A stretch of DNA of 64,000 bases from positions 9,683,525 to 9,747,524 of the forward strand of contig OZ316896.1 in assembly GCA_973895155.1 (NCBI GenBank), written 5' to 3'. Below, one piece after another: positions 11,680-26,180 of this stretch; within the stretch, counting starts at the first letter, position 1, and every line of letters begins with the position of its first letter. The notes beneath the pieces are model-generated. The model had not been told where the DNA came from. It saw only the letters and a list, made by a program, of their open reading frames with translations, and ran no database searches. A program made the translations under genes and the position numbers. Source of the DNA: Marsupella aquatica. Taxonomy: Eukaryota; Plantae; Marchantiophyta.

Positions 11680-13080
11680 GTCCTACTCCTCCTATAATAT
11701 CATTGTGACTCTTAGTCCATACCGTACTTTGGTGCTGTTACTTCTCCCATAGTATCATTGTGTCTCATTGCTGCTGCTCCTATAGTATCATTGTGTCATG
11801 TGGTTTCTATGGTAGCTCGGTGCTGTTTCTCCTCCTACAGTATCATTGTGTCTCTTTGTCCCTACTGTACTTTGGTGCTGGTACTCCTCTTGCTGCTGCT
11901 ACTATAGTCATGTTCCTCCTATAGTAACATTTTGCCTTGCCATCCCTACCTTGTTGGGTGCTGTCACTCCTCGTACAGTATCATTGTGACTTGTTGCTAC
12001 TCTGCTCCTATAGTCCTTTTTCTCCTGTAGTATCATTGTGTTTTGCTGCCCTACCATAGCTGCTTGGTGCTGCTCTTCTTCCCATAGTATCATTGCCTCT
12101 TGTACTATTCCTCTTAGAGTATCATTTTGTCTTGGTGTTCCTTCCCACTGTAGCTTGGTGCTGTTACTCCTATCATAGTACCATTGCCTCTGGTTCCTAC
12201 TGCTCTGGTACTATACTATTCCTATCGTATCATTGTGTCTCATCGTCCCTATGGTAATTACGCCTCCTATAGTATCATATTGTCATTTGTTCCTACTTCT
12301 CTCGTACTATTCCTCATATAGTATCATTGTGTCCCGATTCCATAGCTGGGTGCTGCTATTCCTCCCATAGTATCCTTACCTCTAGTTCCTGCTGCTCTCA
12401 TACTGTACTATTCCTCCCATAGTACCATTGTGTCTTGTCGTCCCTAGGATATTTTGGTGCTATTTTGCCTCCTCCAGTCTTGTATTGGAGCTTGTTCCTA
12501 ATGTTCTTGTACTATTCCTCTTATAGTATCATCTCCTGTAGTATCATTGTGTCTTGTCGTTCCTATGGTAGTTCAGTGCACTCGTACTATACTATTCCTC
12601 CCATAGGGCATCTCAATCTTTGTACTTCTCATTCCTAGTCCAGGCTACTGACCCCCTAAAAAATGTGGCCGAAACTACAGTTGGGACATGGTTTTCGGGC
12701 ATGTGTAAGCAAGGGGGGTTGAACTTTGACAGGGCTCGCAACAAGGCAGCCTGCCGTGGAAAAACACTCCCCGGCAAAAAAGTACAGTCACCGACTCGGT
12801 GTACTGCACATTTTCAGTCCGCGTCCCACACCGCAAGTCTCAGCCCGACTAAAATCCCGCATCATTCAATGTAAGAGATGCCCTAATAGTATCATTGTGT
12901 ATACTATTCCTTCTATAGTATCATTGTGTCTCCTCGTCCCTATGGTAGTGCGGTGCTCGTGTACTATACCATACCATTCCTCCGATAGTATCATTGTTTC
13001 TTGTGGTGCCTACGGTTCGGAGCTCTTACACCTCTTACAGTATAGTATAGTATCATATCACACCATACAGCAAAGCATAG
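11680..13080. repeat. Degenerate minisatellite (core CCTATAGTATCATTGTGTC) upstream of the DDX3 gene
   Basis: Many copies of (C/T)ATAGTATCATTGTG with variable 30-60 bp spacing. Interrupted by a MITE at 12606-12883. Confidence 0.9.
12606..12883. mobile_element. Tourist-like (PIF/Harbinger) MITE, 278 bp
   Basis: TIR GGGCATCTC (12606) / GAGATGCCC (ends 12883), flanked by ATA and TAA. The satellite unit ctcccata|gtatcattg resumes on both sides. Confidence 0.75.
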
Positions 13081-13294
13081 CATAGCATGTTTGTTAGTTT
13101 GTAGCTCGTTGGTGTTGTGCTCTCGTCTGTGAGTACCGTCATTTGTGGGTCGCTTCTGAATTCCCTCCGTTCGTTCAATCAACCGAAACCTCGTTTGTTC
13201 CGTTTATCCGGCTTTTAGGCTCCGCTTTTAGGCTCCGCTCCATTATTTCGAGAGACCACGAGATACGATCGCTTTAGTAGTGTTTTTACTGATT

Positions 13295-13303
13295 TTAGGG
13301 TTT
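13295..13303 (-). promoter_or_regulatory. Telo-box (AAACCCTAA) in the DDX3 leader
   Basis: TTAGGGTTT on the + strand. Telo-boxes are typical of plant translation-machinery genes. Confidence 0.5.
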
Positions 13304-14330
13304 GCGTCGACGACTGTGAACGACGTTTTCTGGGGCTTGTTTAGGTTTTTGGGGCGAGCTGTGTTGTTGCTGCTCGAGTGCTTCTGGAGACTGGAGGAGT
13401 AGAGCTCTGTTTCGGTTGCGGTGGTGGTGGTGGTTTGGTGGGGGACTGTCGTATCTATTTGCGGCTCTGGTGCGAAAATCGTTGTCAGTTTGTTCAGGCG
13501 GGGTAGGGATTGGCCAGGCGCGGCACGGCTCGGCTCGGGGGCTTGGTGGGTGGTGGCTGCGCGCAGCCTGTACTGAAGCGATTCAGGTACGAAAAGTGCA
13601 GGATTTTTGAGATTAGAGCTCGGCAGCGTGGTGTGGTGTGGTGTGCTGGGGACGCGATTTGAGTTTGAGTGTAGTTGCGGGAAAGTTGATCGGAAGTAAG
13701 GTTGTTGAAGGGAGTGGAATAGAGCGGTGGTGTTCAGGCAGAGGGATGGAGGGATAGAGAAAGAGAGAGAGCGGTGCGAAGATAGCGCGGACTCGATGGT
13801 CTGTTGTTGTTGAAGTATGGCAGTAGGGAGGGAGTGCTTGTGGTAGTCGCTCGCAGTTTTTGCATCTATCCAGTTACCGTTGGTGTGGTCTGGTCTTGTA
13901 TGGTCGCCTTTTCGGAGCAAGGGTTTAATGTGTAGCTGGAGAGGAGGAGAAGGTCGTGGTCGCTTTTGCAGCGGTGGTGGTGAAGCTCTTCTTTGGTAGA
14001 GAGAGGGGGTTTTGGCTTCTCCCTGCCAGCATATGGAGGAGGCTTAAAATCTTTCATCCTTGAATTTTAAAGGTGCATCAGATTGAGAGGGAACGAGGGT
14101 TTGAAGCTTGTGGCTGGCAGACATAGATAGTAGAAAAGGACGAAAGGGAGTAAGGAGTAAGGGAGAGAGTCGTTGTGATGTGAGTAGGTCGAGCTAGAAA
14201 GTATTAGATTGACTGTTTTCTCCGTTCAGAGCTGCTGGTGCTGTTTCTCTGAGGTCTGTGGTGTGTACTTGTTCGTGTAACTTGAATAGAGAGAAGAGGT
14301 CGATTGAGGACAGGCGCTTCGAGGAAGAGA

Positions 14331-17623
<3,293 letters not shown>

Positions 17624-20051
17624 TGGATTGTCATGTTTCACTGCAAACAAGATCAGCACTTTTCTAATGGAAGCAGTGGCCCAGTTCTGCTGTTAGAATT
17701 TGTGCAGCTTGACTTGAGGAGTTTATCATTTTTTCCTAACACACCTGTGCAATAATTTGCCTTGTGTGCGGGCTACATAATTTTGCCCAGTTTAGCACCA
17801 CCTGCCATTTCTTTTTGGGTATGTGGAACATAGCTCACATGCCCCTCCTGGGCTTTTTCTGTCTCTCTTTGGGTGAGTTAGTAGGCATGTGCAGAGGCTG
17901 GGAGCTTACCATAAACGATTCCTCGGCACACTCAGCCGGGTGTACAATAGTAGCCACACCTGGCACCCAATTCTTAGTTATTTAATGCAGAGAGGGCCCC
18001 AGCTAACTGAGACATTTGTTTCAGTATCCTTGAAAAGTGTATTGTGGCGGTGACCCCTGGCTGTGGATCTCACATCAGCTGATGCAACGTGAGTGCTATC
18101 TGCTGTTATGCGTGCAAGGCTTGCCTGGTGGATCTATTTGTTAATCAGTAGCAAGGTACTGATAATATCGTCTTGGATTCACAGAGCCCCTCGTAGGGGA
18201 AGTCGAGCTATCAGATAAGCGGGGCAATAATCCATATCAGTTGGCTTTTCTTGCTTTCACTTTTTGATTCTGGAACGAAGCTGCGTCAGTGAGGAGTGGG
18301 CTAGGCAGCCCTGCCTTGGATTGGACGGCGATTTATGACTGATTTGTACAGTCAACAAAGTCACGGATCAAAATTTGTATCATGGAATTTTTGTTTTTTC
18401 CTAGTATTGGTCTGAGCTCACTAGATACTCTGCTACCTGCGTATGGTTCAACTCACGGAATTGCAGAGTTTCTGGTCATCTGTCAAAATTCTGACAGGTT
18501 TTTTGCCTCAGAATGCTGAAAAGTTCATGATCTGTTTTGCAACTTTTCAAGACTGGCTGCCAGGTGATTCTTTGAGACTTTGCCATCAGGAGGAGAGGTG
18601 GATAGTCTTTAAAGAGGAGTATGGATTCTGCTCCACCTAGTTGTCACCCGTGGCACTTAGCAAGAGTTTAGCTTATGAAGGATGGCATAACTTTTACAGG
18701 AAACTGCGAAAGCAGAAGGTAGTGCAATGCTGTGTGGTCCACATTTTGTCTATAAAACAATGTTTTTAACATGAGGCAAAGTTACCCCCATTTGGGTGGG
18801 CCACGGGCATGTGGGAGTCGTCCCAAACCTCCTTGCTTGCGGACTGTGCATGTTACCTTGGAATCTGTCTGCAAGCTGTGCAGGAAATACATGCGTATAC
18901 GTTACTTGCAATTTATACGTCCGTTACCTTTTGCATTGGTTCAAGCTTTAGGATTCCAATCGTGTCGTTTTCACTTTAGCCTGCAGTGTCATTTATGGGG
19001 AACTCAAGCAATGTCTTGATTGTAAATTAGTTTCTTGAACTTGTGGAAGTTCGGCATTGTACTCTCGGAATCGTGAACACGAGGTATGTAAGTGAATTGC
19101 TGTTTCTTTCTTTTTCTTGATCGTGGTTGATGTAAGGGATCGATGTCATGTTTTATGAAGGCTTGCGTTATCAACCTGGTGACTAAGAAACAATAGCTGA
19201 GTATTCGTTGGTCACCACGGAGATTGTGAAAGAGATGAGGAATTCATTTCCCTGGTCAGTGAGAGCTGTGACTAAATTCTGATTCTAAGACAACGACACA
19301 CGGGTTCGCAACCTATGATCACATGGTAGCAAACTCCCGGAGGAAAATCCTTTAAGCAATTATTTCTGCCCTGGATGTCATCATGTAGCTTTTGGCCAAC
19401 CCAATTCTGGTTCTACGATGAATGAGTGTGGTCTGCCAACCCATGTGGCAAACTCCCGTAGGAAAATCTGCTAAATATTTATTTCTGCCTGCCATGTCAT
19501 CGTGCCACTAGGGGCGATTGAACACGAGCAGAGAGGCCTTGTGAAAGTACAAGCGTTTCAGTAGTCACTAGCAGACAGACTGGCTATATGTAGATAAAAA
19601 TCGTGTATGCTCTTGCCTCTTCTCGTGGAGGATTATCCGCAGCTGCAGTCCAGTACACACCGGTGAAAACATTCGGGTTCACTGACCTAGCCGAGCAGGC
19701 TGTGAGGTGCTTTGAAAGTCGTTTCTTGTGTGCACTTTGTAAGTCGTGCTTTTTGTGCAATTTTTAAAGTGAATATACAGCTTCATATTTTCATAGCAAA
19801 AGTGAGGGTTTGCTGATTCGAGTCATATCCTCCATAGCTGAAGCTGCCGTTCATCTGATTGAATGGGCATACATCTGCCAACCCTTCCTATGTCGAGATT
19901 TACTCTGAAGCCTCACTGTGCAAGTACACTTCTTTACATCCACGTTGAAAACAGTGGCTATTAAACATTATATAGATTATTAGCTAGGGACGGGAGGACT
20001 ACTTACAGTTACCTTACGTACACGACTCAGGAAAAGCTGGAAATTGCATAG

Positions 20052-20272
20052 CGTGCACCACTATTGAAGCTTTACTGCATTATGGCAGGATTTAGTTAAG
20101 CTTGAACTTGTACTAGGTCAAATAAATCTCCACGTGAAAGGGAAATGGTAAAAGCTGGAACTTGCAATTACATAAGGTGCACCATTCTTGAAGTTGTTAC
20201 TGCATTATGGCAGGATTAGTAAGCTTGAACTTGTACTAGGTCCAATAAATCTCTACCTGAAAGCGAAATGGT
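20052..20272. repeat. ~125-bp tandem duplication
   Basis: Two copies of gtgcacca...ttactgcattatggcaggatt...aagcttgaacttgtactaggtc...gaaatggt. Confidence 0.85.
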
Positions 20273-20939
20273 CTTACCAGGTTTAAAGTCGTCATACAGA
20301 TTCTTTGAATCTCCACTTCAACCAGACATGGAGTCGAAACAATTCAAGCCACTCCAATATAAAGTGAGAAAGCGTGAAGACTTGCTACATTATACGAGCA
20401 ACTTTTTTTCTATTGTGATACACAATTCGTGAATCAGGGAACGAAATGCAAGATTGAAGTGCTGAGCATAACAGATTTCAGCTTCGAAAAGGAACGACGA
20501 CCCGTGGCACATGTTTCTTTCCAAATACCATGGGAGTAAGGTAGCACATCTCGAGGCGATATCTCTGCCTTCGCAAATGCGCTCCCAGACTCCTCAAATA
20601 AACTGGAGATGAACAGATTTTATTGAAATGCCTTGGGTGCCCCGGTTGTACTCGAGTGCCTTGATGTCACTTACAAGGGCAGCCTAGGGATTGCTAAGGA
20701 AGCAATTATCCACAGCCAAGCAGAAATGTTGAGAAGCTAGATACTGGATACCAAAAAGACGGTTGGTCACTTACAAGGTCTCCGCAGATAGTACAAGGGG
20801 CTGAAGATGCCATGCTCAACATGTTTACAAAGTATAGATTACAAGTTAGCGAATATAGTGTAAATTAATTACTAAATGACCTTACACTGGTAACAATGAC
20901 ATCAGTACTAAAATCTGTTACCTTTCTACCAATCAGAAT

Positions 20940-23900
20940 TCATGGAGAGCGGTAACTGAGCAGGATTCTTCTAGGCCGTTGGAAGCGCTGCTCCACATCA
21001 AATGATTCTTCTTCTTGTACAACATAACCCAGTTTCTGGTATAAAGCTAAAGCTGAGTTATTATTAGCTTCAACGTGTACATAAAGTATTTCTAGTTGAA
21101 TTTGCTGAGCAAGATGAACTGCTTCTTTCATGAGTGCTGTCGCCACTCCATGGCGTCTAGCAGTTTGAGAGACACATAAGTTGAAGATATATCCATGGTT
21201 TACATCTAACTTTTGTTGAGAAGAAAAGGACAGCAGCCTATGTCCTGGCCCATTCTCCGAAACCTGCACAATCACCACCCAGATTGCTGCATTTAGGAGT
21301 AGACGAGACGCATTACTGTGAGCAAACCCAAACAGGAGCACACTATATGGAACGTCATTTTATGCCTGTCACAGAGAATAGCATTCTGCAAGCGCTCCAG
21401 CTGCCTCATACCAACCTGCCGCCTCTTTGCGAATTTCTTTTTCCGGGCATTTGCCACATCGTAAAGTTGGAATGTCACACTATTGACATCCGCGGTCGGA
21501 ATTGATCCTGCTCCATCCTTGAAAACGCCGTTGATCCAGTATCAGGAGCTATCACAGTTCACCTGTTTACAAAAGTGATGTATACTATTTCCTAGCCAGA
21601 ACTGCAAAATCTCGCGGGACGCTCCAAGAATAAGAGTTCGTTGACACCATCTAAAGCCCAGAGGGTTAGAACTTCCCCAACACTGACTTCTGACAGCGTA
21701 TCTACCTGCTCATACTAGTGTACTACGAAAGCTGCAGCCTTGAGTTAGGAATGTATCTTACTTGTATGTCCAAGGTTCCTATTGCCACCAAAGGTTTCCT
21801 GCTGAATGCTGGAGAAAACACAGTTGGTGGCGAAACTAAAGAATTTCTCTTGTGATTAGATGCCACCAGCAATTCATCATGATCGGACTCTTCACAAACC
21901 GCGAGCAGACACTTCACGTTCATGTTCAAATCTTGCATCTTGGTGTCCTGGTTGTGGACAAGAATTACCTTAGATCAGTACCTCATTTGACCACAGATCA
22001 ATCCGTAACCAGTTTAAAGAGAGTTCTGACATGCATAAACTTGGGAAACAGTTTTCTTGTTAATCTTGCCTCTGATGAAGCAGATTGGCCAGCTGAACCA
22101 TTTCTAGAGCTTTATGGTGGTCTCATAGACCCAGTTCCAAACAGGTTCTGGCTTCCATTAACAGTGCTTCCCAAGACAATTACACTTCATAGGGAAGTAC
22201 GAGAATACTAGAAATCCCAAAGGTTCTAGGCAGATAATTATCTAAGACAAACTAGCTTTTGCAAAAACACAATGATCGAGGATTTTGGATTGTCCTCCCT
22301 GCCAGGGAGACATCAGAAAAATTCAGCAGCCACTACGAGTGCTATGAAGTCGGCTGACAATCTAACCAGACAAGGCAAGAAAGGCAACTGTGGATGAAAA
22401 TTTACCCTCTCAAACTCGGACTTCACCCTTGATTTCAACAAATCTTGCACTTCAAAGTCACGTTTCAGGCGTGCCTTGATGCCCTCCAACCCCTCAGACC
22501 CACTTGCAGGGAACTTTGGATAAGAGTAGAATAACTGGGCCCTCAGAGTGGCTGCGGCCAAAAGCTCATCCGATGTGCTGACAGTAATAATCCAAAATTT
22601 GAGCTTTCCAGCCTGATAAGAATTCAAACGTGCTGGCGACGAGAGACTGCAGTCTAAGGTCGGCATAGAATTGTCTCTAGTAGGAAAGGTCGATACGACA
22701 TCAGCGGCAGTCTCGTTCCATGCGGCTTTGCCAACATTCCCCAACCATTCAGAGCTTCTACTGCAAGAAGAATGCAAGCCAAGAGTAACTAATCAGAACT
22801 TCTTCAGGGACCCGTCACCTTTTGAAATTCTTCGCTGAGAGATATTCGGTATATTAAAGAGGAGCTCATTGACAACTCTGTTTCTGATCATGCTTTCATG
22901 CATATTGGGACCAAAACCGTCGATAAGGCGCTGCAAGCAATCGAAACGAAAAGCTAGGGAAGCCCTTTGCCCAGGTCTAGGTTGACACCATTCTCAAAGC
23001 CGGGTCTGGTCTATTCCTCATGTGACCATGCACCTGGACATTAGATGTAATGGCATGACGTGAACACCACCCAAAGCCCTTCACATTTACACAACGTTTT
23101 GGCACAATTCATTCTCTATAAAAGTGTCCAATTGTCCTTAATCAGTAGAATTGATAAGACTTCATCTTTTGCAGAACAACGGTGTAAAAGACCACTTCGG
23201 TTTCAAGACATCAAAAGTGTGTGGGTGGAACCAGAGTCTACATTAGGATCGAGAAGACGACAGTCCGTACAAATCCCCACCCACCCCATCCTCTCTGTTT
23301 CACAAATTTACTAGGTGAGCAGCAAAGCCGATCATAGTTTGCTACATTTGCTGTGCTAAATGGATAGGAAGAACCTGCTGCAAATACGAATTGGAACCTT
23401 TAACGGAAATCAGCAAAGGCTCTGCACTTCGACGATGTATAATACTATAATGAGGACTGAAGAGGAGAGCTGCATTTCCTTTGAAATTCATGTGCCTGTT
23501 CGTTCCAATCTGCCATCCAGTGCGTCGAAGCCCAAAGACTCTGGCAGTGCAGGAAACCTTTCTTGCCAATTCGATGAACTGCTCCAAAATAAAAAAGATC
23601 AACGCATGACACTTCAAGTTAGAGGTGGAACCGACCAACCAACCTTGGAGATTGGAGCAGCCTCCGAACAGCATGTTCCCTCCCGAACTGCTGTTGTTGT
23701 TGTCTAGTTGCAGCTCGACCCAATCGGATCTTCTCGTCCATGAAGACCACCCCAAGGGTCTTTGAACTGCTCGGACACACTCCATAATAATAGCTACAGC
23801 ACAGAACATTGACGAAGCTACTATTATGTCTGCACTTATGTAAGCTCGGGCGAGGCGAACGAGATGCTGAATTGGAGGTTAGCCACCTTCCAGCTCTCTG

Positions 23901-24005
23901 AGATTTCTTAACTCCCTGTTGACTGCCAGCAGTTACTTTCGCTGGCGAGAAAGGAAGAAGAATAAGAGACGGGATGGAAAGAAGACACCAGGCGCCAGCC
24001 GCCAT
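20940..24005 (-). CDS. GNAT-family N-acetyltransferase, probably plastid-targeted, ~408 aa, 4 exons
   Basis: Exons 24005-23644, 22760-22406, 21947-21762, 21263-20940 with consistent phases (2,0,0). Motifs AATLRAQLFY, IGTLDI, YIFNLCVSQTARRHGVATALM (acetyl-CoA motif A), LYVHVEANNNSALALYQKLGY. S/R-rich N-terminus. Exon 1 is the least certain. Confidence 0.85.
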
Positions 24006-24643
24006 AGCTACCCCCACAAACTCAGCTCTCTCCCTCTATGTCTCGGTCTGTCGTTCCTGGATGCTTGTCGTCGATATTGATTCCCAAGGTGGTGTAGCAG
24101 ACTCGCAAACAAAATCTAACCTGATTCATTCCTTTACGCGTTCTTTTGGCTTTGTAATGCAATTACCATACCGCGAAGGATCGAACGAGGTCCATCACTC
24201 TGTTTAATTGATCGTTCCCTCTCTTCCATGGTCGGTACGTGGCAGGATAATAGTCGCTGCATTTGTAATGGTTCGTCCATTCTCAAATCATTCCATCTGT
24301 CCTTCCATCCCTCCATCCCTCCATGCCGAGGGTCTGCTGTGAGCTTGAAGTTGAAACGTAGCGCTGATCAGTGCCCTCATTCCCTCGAGGTGTAGTCAGT
24401 GTATCTCCTGGCACCCCTCGCTTTCTTAAATTCTGTCAGCAGATTCTGTGGAGCTACTAGAGGCAAGGCAAGTCATATACTCCATCGAAGCATCATGACA
24501 CAGCCTTGAGGCTGGCCCAAAGACATGCTTCTCACTACTGTTCTCTGGATACATAGCAATTCATGGAGATATTTTGCATCAGCACCAGCACCTCAGAGGC
24601 TCTACAGTAGAGCCCAGGTTGCCCACGTCTAGGCCAACGAGTT

Positions 24644-25256
24644 ATGGAAGCCTTCGTACACCACATAAATTCCGTACGTCAAACTCCTGTAAGTCATTCT
24701 CAGCCCGGATGCCTGGCTAGCATCACACCTCGATTGAATGACTAAATGAATTTGATTTTGTTCTCTCTGTTTTCAGGCGTGTTCTCGCTTGCAAGCAGAT
24801 AACATGATGACGGTCAAAGTATCTCCCGGTAGTGTAAAGGACACCGTATCTGTAAAACATAAGGACAAGGTACTGTAGTAAAGAGCATTAAGAATATTGT
24901 ATGTCATGTCGTCTTCGCTTTTCCGTTCTTGGTTGGCACCTCACACAAAGACGTCATGCAACTGCACCCTTGAGCCTGAGGTAGGGCTCGTCATTGAGAA
25001 GCTCCATAATACTCACAGACCTGTCATGAAAGAATATTGATAGACCTCAAGTGGCGTGTCTATGCTTCTGCCATTGATTACCATTGTGCCTTCTGCTTCA
25101 GACCACTCCGTCCTATGAGAAAACCAAACGGTGCTGGGTCATTGACAAGTAAAGTCTTGCAGGCAGGGCAAATTCTGTGTGTAAAAATTCTGTGTGGAAT
25201 CTTAACTCACTTGTCGCAGGTTACCAGAGTCAACGATCTTGATTACAAAATGGTAA
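24644..25256 (+). CDS. Candidate small spliced gene (>=73 aa) of unknown function, absent from the ORF track
   Basis: Exons 24644-24688, 24777-24869, 25102-25148, 25220-25256 are joined by GT-AG introns with pyrimidine tracts. The frame stays open across the junctions: MEAFVHHINSVRQTP/ACSRLQADNMMTVKVSPGSVKDTVSVKHKDK/TTPSYEKTKRCWVIDK/LPESTILITKW*. No homology recognised. Confidence 0.4.
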
Positions 25257-25473
25257 TAACAGTATGATAAAATATGAATTTTAATAACCCAAAACGGTGC
25301 GTGCAACGGAAGCTTGAACTACGAGTAATTCATTCAGTGTACATTAAATGCTAATCTTGCAGGGTAGTTTATCTATGTCGTTAACGTGATAATGATCCTA
25401 GGAATCTAGCAAAAGACATTACACTACGAACTACTCTGTAAGCCTGTAGGAAGCCAAGTCGAGCTGAAGAAGC

Positions 25474-25560
25474 CCTGGCGACCATCTGGTAGCTCCTGAC
25501 AAAGGGCTGAAAGTGTCCCTGGCGACCATCTGGTAGCTCGTGACAAAGGGCTGAAAGTGT
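25474..25560. repeat. 44-bp near-perfect tandem duplication
   Basis: ccctggcgaccatctggtagctc(c/g)tgacaaagggctgaaagtgt x2. Confidence 0.9.
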
Positions 25561-26180
25561 CTTGAAAGTGTGTTGCTAGCACCGTACTTGCAACAAATTA
25601 TTTGATTCCACATGTCCATACCATTGAATATGTCGCGAAATTGAATGAACCTGCGGTGGGGCAGCGGGGGAGCAGTGGGTTCTCCAGAGAGAGAGAGAGA
25701 GATGGTGGGTTTCATCTCGGTTATCAACGTGCCCACAGAGAGAGCAGAAAGGCTTTAGGGGGAGATGCTTGGTTCTTCGTAGTAGGGAAGGGATTCCGAT
25801 ATTGGACCGAGGATGGAAGTCAATCGATGTGATGACGATCAGTTGAGTGACTGGAAGGTTCTTTGAGCCTGGATGTGGTGTTAGTTCTCCTGACTGGAGA
25901 CGTTAACAAGTGATTCTCCAGCGCCGAAACCTGCAAGCGTGGAACCCCGATGGATCTGTTCCACAGCAAATTTCCTGCAGCAGACGTAGCAGCAGTTTTT
26001 GACAGCAATTGCATGTTTGAGAGGTAAATGTTGGGTACACTGTGGAAGCTCTGTGAAAGGTCCGTAATCTGTGTGGAACACTCGCGATGAGACTGATTGT
26101 AAAGTTCATATATTCTGACAAACACTGCTGCCTCTTGGCTACTGGACCCGATAAAGAGGCAGCGCAAGGAGTTCAGCACC

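Noticed and set aside
13243-13920. 225-aa minus-strand ORF
   Set aside because: Low-complexity T/S/H/P/Q-rich translation of the GT-rich DDX3 leader and intron, with no domain.
18024-18032. GTATCCTTG as a U12 donor in the DDX3 3' region
   Set aside because: No matching CCTTAAC/CCTTGAC branch point and acceptor were found downstream.
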